Shown here one piece after another: positions 52,531-64,000 of a stretch of 64,000 bases of DNA. The position numbers were made by a program, and so were the translations under genes. The stretch covers positions 21,018,001 to 21,082,000 of the forward strand of contig OZ024757.1 of NCBI GenBank assembly GCA_964016885.1, in the 5' to 3' direction. The stretch comes from Eledone cirrhosa. Lineage: Eukaryota. The first letter of the stretch is position 1. Each line of letters begins with the position of its first letter. The notes beneath the pieces are model-generated. The model had not been told where the DNA came from. It saw nothing but the letters and a program-made list of their open reading frames with translations, and searched no databases.

Positions 52531-53309
52531 TGTAAGTAAATGAGGTCTGGGATCTTGTTGGTTCGGATGAAAAAAAAAATATGAATGTTATTGTCTTCAG
52601 TCAATTCTGATTGAGTAGATATCATGTTGGTGCTGAATTTAACCAATTAACTAACTGGAAATAATCCATACATCCAACCAGCTTCCCAAATATGTCACAC
52701 TCAAGTCTAATCACAGAGAACAGCTTCGTTTACAACTAGTGCCTAGGTAGAATACAGTCCGTCTGTCAGTTAAAATGCGGTATCGTTTTACAGTTTTTCT
52801 TAACTCTACTTCAACAAAATTAATTCTTAATATCCTGTACCACATGAAACCAACCACATTTACAAAATATTCTTGAATTAATTAAAAGTATTTTAGTTTA
52901 CTGCAAATTTTCACAAAAATGTTTTCACTAGTATTATAAACATTTAAATAAGAAACCCCATGAAACCACATTAACAAGACATTCTTGAAAAGTACAAAAA
53001 ATACCACAGTGACTACATCACATTAAAAGTTAAAGTCTTTACTCTAATACAGCAATTTTTCACAAAGTTCTGCCCACTAAGTAAAGATACTATATATATT
53101 TGAGTTAACAAACCACATGAAATCAAGTATTTAAGTATTTACTCCAATACTGAGCATTTTTTAAATGATCATAATTTTTTTTATGAACTTTTTTGATACC
53201 AACCTGCCAAAACCGGCTCGGGTTGGTGTCAAGAAGGTCATCTGGCTGCAGAAATATGCCATGGCTAAGACAAAACCAAAGGATAAAGGAAAAGTCGGGG
53301 TTTACTTAC

Positions 53310-53427
53310 TAACAGCTTCTATGACATCAGCCAGAAGGACACCATCACCAACATCCTGCTGTAGATCACTAATAAAGCGTTTGTTGTGAGCCTTCTCTAA
53401 ATAATGGTTGGCCCAGTCTGTGTAGAT
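53310..53427 (-). CDS. NAV2: Internal coding exon (118 nt) of a Neuron navigator family gene (NAV2/NAV3-like, unc-53/sickie), start of the calponin-homology domain
   Basis: Minus strand reads ttttatttccattttcag|ATCTACACAGACTGG...GAAGCTGTTA|gtaagt. It translates IYTDWANHYLEKAHNKRFISDLQQDVGDGVLLADVIEAV, matching the recalled NAV CH motif IYTDWANHYL..SGHKRLIKDLQQDVTDGVLLA. Phase 0 in, phase 1 out. The paralog number is nominal for an invertebrate. Confidence 0.93.
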
Positions 53428-54282
53428 CTGAAAATGGAAATAAAACATGAATTGGTCAGAGTCTTTAATCAATCTGTTGAGTTAATTAGCATTGGGAACA
53501 AAATTGAAACGTGTGTGTGTGAGAGAGAGAATTGATTTTTCCATGATTTGAAATATCCAAAGTAACGCATTTGAAATGTATGTGTGCCAACGTAAATAGA
53601 TATAATAATTTCATTTAAAAAATCCTTTTTGTAAGGTTTCTCTAGCAAGGTAAAGTGTCTTAATTGGCCTCAGTCCCTGATCTCAATGGTTTCTGATTTA
53701 GGCACAAGGCCAACAATTTTATTGACCCCCATAACGATGAAGGACAAAGCTAAACTTGGCAGGATTTGAAATCAACTATGAATAATAATAACTACACATT
53801 CACACCCACACAAAGACACACACATCTTCACACAATTACACACATATATACACACACCATAAAGAGATGAACAGAAACGAAGAATATATATATACATGTA
53901 TGTATGTATATATATACAGGCATTGCTTTATATCTGGAGATCTCTCTGCACTTGTCGTCACACGGTACCATGGGCCCAGCACTATGTGACAATTATTGAC
54001 ACATAGTGCTGGGCCCAGTGTAGTGTTTGTACCAGAGTTTTCAAGTCGCTGGCTGAACTAAAGGGTCACATTTGTTCAGCGCATCGGTAGGGGTTCTCCT
54101 ACATGGATATAAAGTAGTGGCCGTACTCGAAAACGAGTTGGCAGCCACCATATATAAATATATATATATATATGCATAGATGCATATATGTATGCATATG
54201 TATATATACACACTTGCTTATATATATGTGTGTATGTATATATATATCTGTGTGTGTATGTATATATGTGTGTGTATGTGTA

Positions 54283-54626
54283 TCATTCATTCATTCATTT
54301 CATTTTACGTCCACTTTTCCCTGCTTGCAAGGGTGGGACGGGAACTGATTCTGGCTTGATTTCTACAGCTGGATGCCCTTCCTAACACCAACCTCATTTA
54401 CAGTGAGTGCTGGGTGCTTTTTTGCCGTGGCACCTCCACGACCACTTTGCAGTGGGATAATAGGGACCCCAGTCCCTATCATCTCATTTCTACAGCTGAG
54501 TAAACTGGAGCAATGTGAAATAAGTGTCTTGCTCAAGGAAACAACATATCACCCGGTCTGAGAATTGAACTCACAAACTTTCGATTGCAAGGCCAATGCT
54601 CTAACCACTAAGCCATGTGCCTCCAT
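54283..54626 (-). mobile_element. CORE-type SINE (RTE tail)
   Basis: Full-length copy of the family. Confidence 0.8.
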
Positions 54627-54865
54627 ATGTATATATGTGTATATATGTATGTGTGTATATATATATGTGTGTGTGTATGTATATATGTGTGTATATATAT
54701 ATATATGTGAGTGTATATATATTTATATATATATATATATATATAACTTCCTAATTTAATGAAAGTATAGAGTAATTCAGTAATAAATTCATACAAAAAA
54801 TATATTCTGGAGCTTATTTTGAGTTAATCTCTTCTAAATTAAAACCATTGAATTAACATTCCATT

Positions 54866-54966
<101 letters not shown>

Positions 54967-55339
54967 TATATATATATTCATCTATTTATAAACTAATATT
55001 TTACCAATCCTGATTTTCCACAGATTTTCAATAAAACTCCTATATTTTATCAATATACACGATTTTCAGTTGAATTAATTAAAACTTTTTCAAAGAGATA
55101 TTCAGAATATTGATAAAGATTTCTTCAGATTGTTTCAAATCTGCTAAAAATAAATATCAGGAGAGGTTTGGATGTTTTGAAAAAGTCAAGAATTCTTTAT
55201 AAATAACGTAATTATCATATAAAACTGTCAAATGTTTTATTTCCAAAATATATTTATAATGTTCTTTTATACATTGTATCTTTAAAATCTTCATCGCCTT
55301 CATCGCCCACTTATTCTTGTGAGAGTCGTGGGGGGGGGG

Positions 55340-55750
55340 GGGTACACTCCATCCAATGGGTCTGGCCAGAAGCAACTGTCTCCGACTGATCTGGTTGAAT
55401 CTCCAAGTGAGACCAGCCTAGCTCATGGATCTTATTCAACCATTTTGCTTGGGGGTCTACCCCTGGATCTTCAGCCAGTTGGTTTTGTCCATAAAATCTA
55501 CCCAGAGATTCTTTCTTGAGACATTCTAACCACATGCCCATAGTACTGGAGCTGTGATCTCTCAATTTGGAGAAGTAGCAGCTCTACTTCGAGTGACTTC
55601 CTGATATCCAAGCTACGCACTCTATCGAGTAATATTACTCCAAAGAGCCCAAGAAGGAACCCCGTTTTGTCTGCTTGTATTTGCGATTGTATTCTTTTTG
55701 TCATTACCCAAGATTTATGACCATAGGTCAGGGCTGGCACAAATAGCAAT
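55340..55750 (-). mobile_element. Old RTE (Expander/Rex3-like) C-terminal fragment
   Basis: LTYGHKSWVMTKRIQSQIQA...DRVRSLDIR...IERSQLQYYGHVVRM. A related plus-strand copy lies at ~3600-3860. Confidence 0.7.
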
Positions 55751-56035
55751 TTTTTTTAATGTACAATGAATAGAAATACTAGATCTAACTGGAGTGTTAT
55801 TATCATACATTTTTGCTATTACTGCATGGGTTGGCTAGGTCTATTCCTGTACAATGTCTAGCCATTTGTTACAGTCCTTTGTCATTTGTTTTTTAAAGCT
55901 TACTTAAGATCATCAGTTTTAAATTAATTAAAACTTGTCTGGAGAGGATTTTTTAGATTAATGGTATTATATATATATTTTATTACTACTGTTTTAGAAA
56001 TAACATGAAAGGTTGATTTAATTTGTTTGTAGATA

Positions 56036-56347
56036 TGGAGGCACATGGCTTAGTGGTTAGAGCATTGGCCTTGCAATCGAAAGGTTGTGAGTTCAATTCT
56101 CAGACCGGGTGATATGTTGTTTCCTTGAGCAAGACACTTTATTTCACATTCCTCCAGTTTACTCAGCTGTAGAAATGAGATGATAGGGACTGGGGTCCAT
56201 ATCATTCCACTGTAAAGTGGACGTGTAGGCGCCACGGAAAAAAGCACCCAGCACTCACTGTAAATGAGGTTGGTGTTAGGAAGGGCATCCAGCTGTAGAA
56301 ATCAAGCAGGGAAAAGCGGACGTAAAATGAAATGATGAAATGATGAT
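56036..56347 (+). mobile_element. CORE-type SINE (RTE tail, short deletion)
   Basis: Same head and body; tail shortened at caagc. Confidence 0.78.
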
Positions 56348-56800
56348 AGGTTTACATCACGGAAGTTAAGAGAGAACAATATATAAGTTACTGGAGAATA
56401 CAGAGTTTGTTGATGTTTCAGGTAGCGAAATGATTGAGACCAAAGTTTGTACTGGAGTTTGTGCTTGGTGAGAGAGGGGCTCTTACATGTTCACTGGTGT
56501 AGTTAGGTCTTCGTCTCCACACTTGTCGTGGGAGAAATCAGCTCCGTTCTCCAGGGCTGCTACATCGCTAATCAGAGTGAAGGAGCGAAAAAGAGAGTTG
56601 GAGTAACGAAGGGCGAAGTCGCCCGCTCTCCAGGGCCACTGTGTCGAGAAGAGAGAAAGAGCTTTTTGGCAGTCTCAATTTATATTCCCAAAGGGGACGT
56701 AACTCTGATTACTTCTTGTAGGTGACACTAGGGGGTCACTACCGTCCCAAAGGGACGTAACTCTAATGAGCTCTGGGTTCCACCGCCAGGGGTCACTACA
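56348..56800 (-). mobile_element. Possible solo LTR relic
   Basis: Minus strand begins TGTAGTGACCCC, with an internal duplicated motif and a TATA-like tataaa. No TSD found. Confidence 0.35.
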
Positions 56801-57546
56801 ATCTCTGACATGAACTTGATAGGATTGCTGTCAAGTGCTGCATGGCAGGAATGGAAATCAGGGCTGCAAAGACTGAGATAATTGCTTAAGGAAGACTGCG
56901 TAGTGTACGTTACATGTGAGGGGAGTTCCACTGAAACAGGGGGAGAAGTTTTCACTCCCCAGGTACTACACACACACACTACACAGACATACACACACAC
57001 GCTATATACAACCTCCACACACACACTACCCACAACCTGAACACACACACACTACATACAACCTCCACACACACACTACCCACAACCTCCACACACACAC
57101 TACCCACAACCTGAACACACATACTCTACACACATTACACACATACTCTACACACATTACACACACACTACACACACAAATTCTACACATCCATGCTACA
57201 CACAAACTCTCCACCCACACCACATATGCATTAACCACCCCCTGCCCCACACATAAACCATTTTCTGGCAGAAAATAGATAAAATCTATTTCACATAAAT
57301 TCTGTGTCGATCACTTGAGACAGACACACAGCACACACACACACACACGCACATATATATACATACATACATATGCATACATATACATATATACATACAC
57401 CCATATATATATATACATGTATACATACATATACATATATACATACACATACATATATATATACACATATATATATACACACATATATATATATACATAC
57501 ACACATATATATATATACATATATATATATATACATATACATACAT

Positions 57547-57577
<31 letters not shown>

Positions 57578-57595
57578 CATACACACACACACACG

Positions 57596-57629
<34 letters not shown>

Positions 57630-58400
57630 GTTGAATGAATTAACAGTGAGGCAGTTCAAATGATATGGTTTTTAGTTTCATATACATACATATATACATA
57701 TATATATACATATATACATATATACACATACATATAAATATATGCATACACACACACACACACCTATATATATATACATATACATATATATATGGTGGCT
57801 GCCAACTCGTTTTCGAGTACGGCCACTACTTTATATCCATGTAGGAGAACCCCTACCGATGCGCTGAACGAGTGTGACTTTTTAGTCCAGCCAACGACTT
57901 GAAAACTCTGGTACAAACACTACACTTGTGACAATTATTGACACATAGGGCTGGGCCCATGGTACCATGTGATGACAAGTGCAGAGAGATCTCCAGATAT
58001 AAAGCAATGCCTGTGCCGTGAAACTTTTATAGTGAGCAAAGGCACTGCACAAAGCCAGTCCCACTCTCTTAACCAAGATGATATTTACCAAAAAGAAGAA
58101 CAAGTCAACATCATTGGATACCATCAGGGTTGCAGGTGTTATATCAGTGTTTTCCTTCTCCTAGAATTCTGCCTTGACAAAGGCTAAGGGGTCATCTCTC
58201 CCGGTGATTTTGGATGGCCATTCACTCTTAAGAGCTCCTTTGCCCTTTGACAGGTTTTGTTTTTAGTCCTGCAGGATGTCCAAAGTCACCCTCCTCACCA
58301 AGCAACCTTGGTGGGGTTGCCAGTTTAGTCGCCAACGACCCGACCATGGGACAGGTTATACTGGGATACATGTTACCAGTAGCACCAACTGGTGACCTGA

Positions 58401-60742
58401 CATCATCATCATCATCATCATCACCGTTTTACGTCCGTTCTTCCACGCTAGCATGGGTTAGACGGGTTGTCCTGTTGTGGGCAGTGTCTGGTCGGCTGAC
58501 CATGCCTTGCTCATACAGGAACTGATCTGGCTTGATTTCTACAGCTGGATGCCCTTCCTAACACCAACCTCATTTACAGTGAGTGCTGGGTGCTTTTTCG
58601 TGGCGCCTACACGTCCACTTTACAGTGTGGGCTGGGTGCTTTTTTGCCGTGGCACCTCCACGACCACCTTGCGGTGGGGGAGGGGGGGCATATTGTTTAT
58701 ATGCTTCAGCATGTACCCATGGGAGGTCGGGTACCCTGTATTACTGCGTGACGCCAGAAGTCACGGTCGTGTGTCATTGACTTTGAGAGGTGTAGTTGGG
58801 TAAGGTCGGCTTTTATCACCTCATCCCAAGTCATCTTGGGTCTCCCCACTCCGCGGTTTCCATCAACTTCTAGTGCTCTGCACCTTTTTATGCAGCTGTC
58901 ATCCTTCATACGCATCACATGTCCATACCAGCGTAACCGCCTCTCCTGCACGCAGCATTTGATTCCTCTTATGCTCAGTCTCTCTCTCAATTCATTTATG
59001 CTTTGTCGTTCACGTATATTACTGTTACACATCCATCGGAGCATGCAGGCTTCGTTTCTCTCTAATCTACGTAAGTCTTCCACCTTCAGCGCCCAGGTCT
59101 CACTACCATGCAACATCGCTGTTCGGATACACGCATCATACAGTCTGCCTTTCATTCTGAGGGAGAAGCCTTTTGCAGCTAGCAGTGGTAGTAGTTCCCT
59201 AAACTTCTTCCATCCCGTTCTTACCCTAGTTATTGTACTTTCTGAGCACCCACCTCCGTTGCTAATTCGGTCACCTAGGTAGCAGAAGCTGTCTACTGTT
59301 TCTACAGGGCCCTCCCAGAGATTGGTGGTACTTGTTTCCTGTGGCTGTTTGCTTGCTGTTTCAGCACAGCTGCTGCATGTGAATCCTACATTCTTAATTA
59401 AGCTTCCTGAGATCCCGCTACATCTCTTGTGTACCCATTGTTTGCATTTGGGGCAAAGAATGGAGTTCCTACCTACACCTTTCCTACATACTGAGCAAGG
59501 CCATTTCCCTGAGGGGATCTGGGTTCTGTTTTCTCGTCTACTTATAAGGACCTTAGTCTTTGTCATGTTGACTTTGAGGCCCTTTCTCTCTAGTCCCTGC
59601 TTCCAGGTTTGGAATTTATTCTCTAGTTCTACCATAGATTCAGCTATGAGTGCGAGGTCATCAGCATACAGGAGTTCCCATGGGCATCCGGTCTTAAACT
59701 CCTCCGTTATTGCCTGCAGGACTATGATGAACAGGAGAGGGCTAAGAACAGAGCCCTGGTGGACCCCAACCTGTACGCTAAATTCCTCGCTATACTCATT
59801 GCCAATCCTAACTTTGCTGACTGCTCCCCTATACATGGCTTGTACCGCTTTCACAAGCCATTCATCTACTCCTAGTTTTCTAAGAGCCCACCAGATTACT
59901 GCACGTGGAACTCTGTCAAAGGCTTTCTCAAGGTCGACAAATGCCAAGTAGAGTGGCTTACTTTTAGCTAGGTACTTTTCCTGTAATTGCCTCACAAGGA
60001 AGAGCGCATCAGTGGTGCCTTTCCCTGGAACAAACCCAAATTGCATCTCGTCTATATTCACCCGGTCCCTAATCAGCTGTGCTATAACTCTTTCTGTTAC
60101 TTTCATGACCTGGTCCATCAACTTTATACCTCTATAGTTTCCTCTATCTAGTGCATCGCCTTTACCTTTGTAGCAGTTGACAATGATGCTACTGCACCAA
60201 TCTTTTGGTATGGCCCCCTCTAGTATTACCTGGTTAACGATACGTGTGGTTATAGTGTGACCTACAGACCCAGATGCCTTCAGCATCTCGGCAGCTATAC
60301 CCGATGGACCGGTTGCCTTCCCTATCTTCATATCTCTGATTGCCTTACTTACTACGCTGCCGCTGACTTGTACTGCTGGTCCCTCTATAGGGTCTACGTG
60401 GGGTAGGGTCTCTTCTTCCCATGCATTCTCCTCATTTAGTAATCTATCATAATGACTCTTCCATGCATCTTTCTTCTCAGCACTTGTGAGGGCAAGCTCA
60501 CCTTTATCATTCCGGATACACTTCTCTCCAATGACATCACAACTATCTCTGACACACTGCCTCGCAATCTTGAATACCTCCTGTTTCTGGTCCTCACGTT
60601 GTAAAACATGCTTGAATTTTCTATCCTCTGCTTCCCTCCTAGCTAAGTATACTTGTCGCCTAGCTTCCCTCTTGGTCTCTATGTAATGTACCCTGCTCCC
60701 CCCGTTCTTCCATTCTTTCCATGCCTGTCTCTTGGCCTTGAC
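58401..60742 (-). mobile_element. 5'-truncated RTE-clade LINE with uninterrupted RT frame, 3' UTR and (GAT)n tail
   Basis: The frame is open from 60742 to the stop at 58706 (checked upstream of the 541-aa ORF). Motifs include AFVDLEKAFDRV, GVHQGSVLSP, LLYADD and RRLRWYGHV. No endonuclease domain; the 5' end abuts a TA microsatellite. Confidence 0.93.
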
Positions 60743-61232
60743 ATATATATATATATATATACATACATATATGTATGTTTATATGTATATATACATAGAT
60801 ATATGTATGTATATATGTATATATATATATACATATATATATATATACATATATACATATATACATAGTGAAAACACATGGCTTAGTGGTTAGGGCAATT
60901 GAAAGGTTGTGAGTTTGATTCTTCGACCAGGTTTTACATTGTTTCCTTGAGTAAGACACTTTATTTCACTCCAGTTCACCCACTAGTACATTACTGGTAC
61001 CAAGATGTGATGTCACTAGTGCCAAGCTGTATCAGCCATTGTCTTTCACCAGGACAACATCGGTGGTGAGGATGAGGAGAGGTGGGGGTGGGGGGTGTAC
61101 TGGTATGTATGGGTGATTACTGCTCTTCCATAAACAAACCTTGACCAGGCTTGTGCCTCAGTGTGAAACTTACCTGGTGCAAAACCATGGTTCATTAAGA
61201 CCTTTAAATACACACACACAAATATATATAAA

Positions 61233-62113
61233 TAATTGTTTCTACTTTTGGCACAAGGCCAGCAATTATCCCAGTGCATTACTGGTACTTTATTTTATCG
61301 ACCCCCGTAAGGATGAAAGGTAAAGTTAACCTCGACGGGATTTGAACTCAGACCGTAAAGGGACGTAACTCTATGCTAGACAGCATGGTATCTGACCCTC
61401 TACCGATACTGCCAATTCACATTTTATAATAATTGTTTCTACGTTTGGCACAAGGCCAGCAATTATCCCAGTACATTACTGGTACTTTATTTTATCGACC
61501 CCGTAAGGATGAAAGGTAAAGTTAACCTCGGCGGGATTTGAACTCAGACAGTAAAGGGACGTAACTCTATGCTAGACAGCATGGCGTCCGACCCTCTACC
61601 GATAGTGCCAATTCACATTTTATAATAATTGTTTCTACTTTTGGCACAAGGCCAGCAATTATCCCAGTACATTACTGGTACCTTATTTTATCGACCCCCG
61701 TAAGGATGAAAGGCAAAGTTAACCTTGACGGGATTTGAACTCAGACCGTAAAGGGACGTAACTCTATGCTAGACAGCATGGCGTCCGACCCTCTACCGAT
61801 ACTGACAATTCACCTTTTATAATAATTGTTTCTACTTTTGGCACAAGGCCAGCAATTATCCCAGTACATTACTGGTACTTTATTTTATCGACCCCGTAAG
61901 GATGAAAGGTAAAGTTAACCTCGGCGGGATTTGAACTCAGACAGTAAAGGGACGTAACTCTATGCTAGACAGCATGGCGTCCGACCCTCTACCGATACTG
62001 CCAATTCACATTTTATAATAATTATTTCTACTTTTGGCACAAGGCCAGCAAATACCCCAGTGTATTACTGGTACTTTATTTTATCGACCCCCGTACTGCC
62101 AATCCACTGCCCA
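61233..62113 (-). repeat. Tandem array of ~195-bp second-family SINE units (4+ copies)
   Basis: Near-identical units at ~195-bp spacing joined by ttttataat. Confidence 0.85.
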
Positions 62114-62279
62114 ACGCACACACACAAATATATATATAATGAAGTATGCCATATGAGGTAGAGAGGCTGTGTGTGTGTGTGTGAGTGTGGTATGTGTATG
62201 GCTGTAAGTGTGCATGACAATGTTTGTGTATGTGTGTGTGTTTATGAGTAAGGTGTATGAGTTTGCACATGTATGTGAA

Positions 62280-62310
<31 letters not shown>

Positions 62311-62963
62311 CTATCTGTATGTGTAAGTTCATTAATTGCAACGTACTAAAGAAGTTAATAAGAATCATACTAAACAACAACATATACAACAATAACATAC
62401 AACAACAACAACATATACAACAACAACAACAACATACATTAAAACTGAGACAAAGAAGTCAATGCAACAAAGAAAAAAATGACAAGTGAAATCAATAGTC
62501 AATAATCAATATGGCTAGATTAACCGATTGATTTCTGTGACTTTTAAGACAATGTTGTGTGGGTGGGGGTGGGGGATTAATTAAAAAGATAACCTGTGTA
62601 ATATTGGGGTACGTCTTGTTGGGGTAAACTAGCAACATACCAGCATCATCATCATCATCATAACATATCATCATCATCAACATATCATAAACATCATCAA
62701 TAATCATCATCATCATCATCATCATTATCAACATCATCATCACCAACACCATCATCATCAAGAAAACAATAATAACATAATGGTTTCTGATTTAGGCACA
62801 CAGTCAACAGTTATTACTGGTACTTAATTTTATCAACCTCTGAGGATGAAAAGCAAAGTAAAGGGACGTAACTATATGCTACAAAACATGTCCGACACTC
62901 TTGCGATTCTACCATTTTCCCACTGCCTATAAACACAATATTAGCCAATGTGTCCTTTTTTAA

Positions 62964-63508
62964 CCCTTTAATGTTCAAACCGGCCCAAACCGACCAGAAT
63001 TCTCTACTTCTTTCTGTTGAAACTGGCTGTAACTGGTCACTCATACTGATGTTAAGGTATTGTTCTCAAAATAAATACTTTCAAAATCTCATGGATTCGA
63101 TATTATGTGAGGTAAAGCCTTTACCATGAAAATACAATAGTATATATAGAGTAATGTGAATGTTATGCGAGATATTATGTGAGGTAAAGCCTTTACCATG
63201 AAAATATAATAGTATATATAGAGTAATGTGAATGTTATGTGAGATATTATGTCAGGTAAAGCCTTTACCATGAAAATATAATAGTATATATAGAGTAATG
63301 TAAATGTTATGTGAGATATTATGTGAGATAAAGCCTTTACCATGAAAATATAATAGTATATATAGAGTAATGTAAATGTTATGTGAGATATTATGTCAGG
63401 TAAAGCCTTTACCATGAAAATACAATAGTATATATAGAGTAATGTAAATGTTATGCGAGATATTATGTGAGGTAAAGCCTTTACCATGAAAATATAATAG
63501 TATATATA
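62964..63508 (+). mobile_element. Same piggyBac-type MITE, right end missing, about 6 internal units
   Basis: TTAA|ccctttaatgttcaaaccggcc, then tandem gtaaagcctttaccatgaaaat units. Confidence 0.7.
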
Positions 63509-64000
63509 ACTTTCATTTTTCCACACTGGTATGGGTTAGACGATACACACACATATATATATACATACATATATATGTATACATACACATATATACATAC
63601 ACATACGGAAGGGCATCCAGCTGTAGAAAACCTGCCAGCAAGTCCTATATGAGCGATACACGGTCACCCGCCCAACCTTCCCTCAAGTGGCACAACTCCT
63701 GTCTAACCCATGCTAGCGTGGAAGATGGACGTTAAACGAAAATGATGATGATGATACATACAATTATATATATATATATACATACACACACATATATATA
63801 TATATGTATACATACACACATATATATATATTTACATACACACATATATTTACATACACACATATATATACATACACACACATATATATATATATATATA
63901 AATATATATATATGATGGCTGCCCCCTCATTATCGAGCATGGCCATTGACGATATACCATTATTAATAATTATTAATTAATTGTATCGTACAATGCATGT

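Overview
AT-rich, extremely repeat-dense animal DNA, not prokaryotic. The SINE and RTE repertoire points to an octopus or other coleoid cephalopod (inference). The only host coding sequence I can support is two small minus-strand exons (53427-53310 and 12409-12357). Spliced, they give 57 codons of the N-terminal calponin-homology domain of a Neuron navigator (NAV/unc-53/sickie) protein, separated by a ~41 kb intron, so most or all of the window is probably intronic. The introns contain two 5'-truncated RTE-type LINEs with uninterrupted RT frames, an internally deleted DD37D (maT) Tc1/mariner element, Tx1/L1 relics, non-autonomous Helitrons, TTAA piggyBac-type MITEs, two large tRNA-derived SINE groups (one in tandem arrays), and many micro- and minisatellites. 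Most long ORFs in the track are artefacts of these simple repeats. The most unusual signal is a set of Penelope-type hammerhead ribozyme motifs. Two loci (46.1 kb and 47.9 kb) are fold-back palindromes carrying a hammerhead on each strand. Long-range inverted repeats and a candidate internal first exon also lie inside the NAV intron. Repeat boundaries were read by eye and are approximate.
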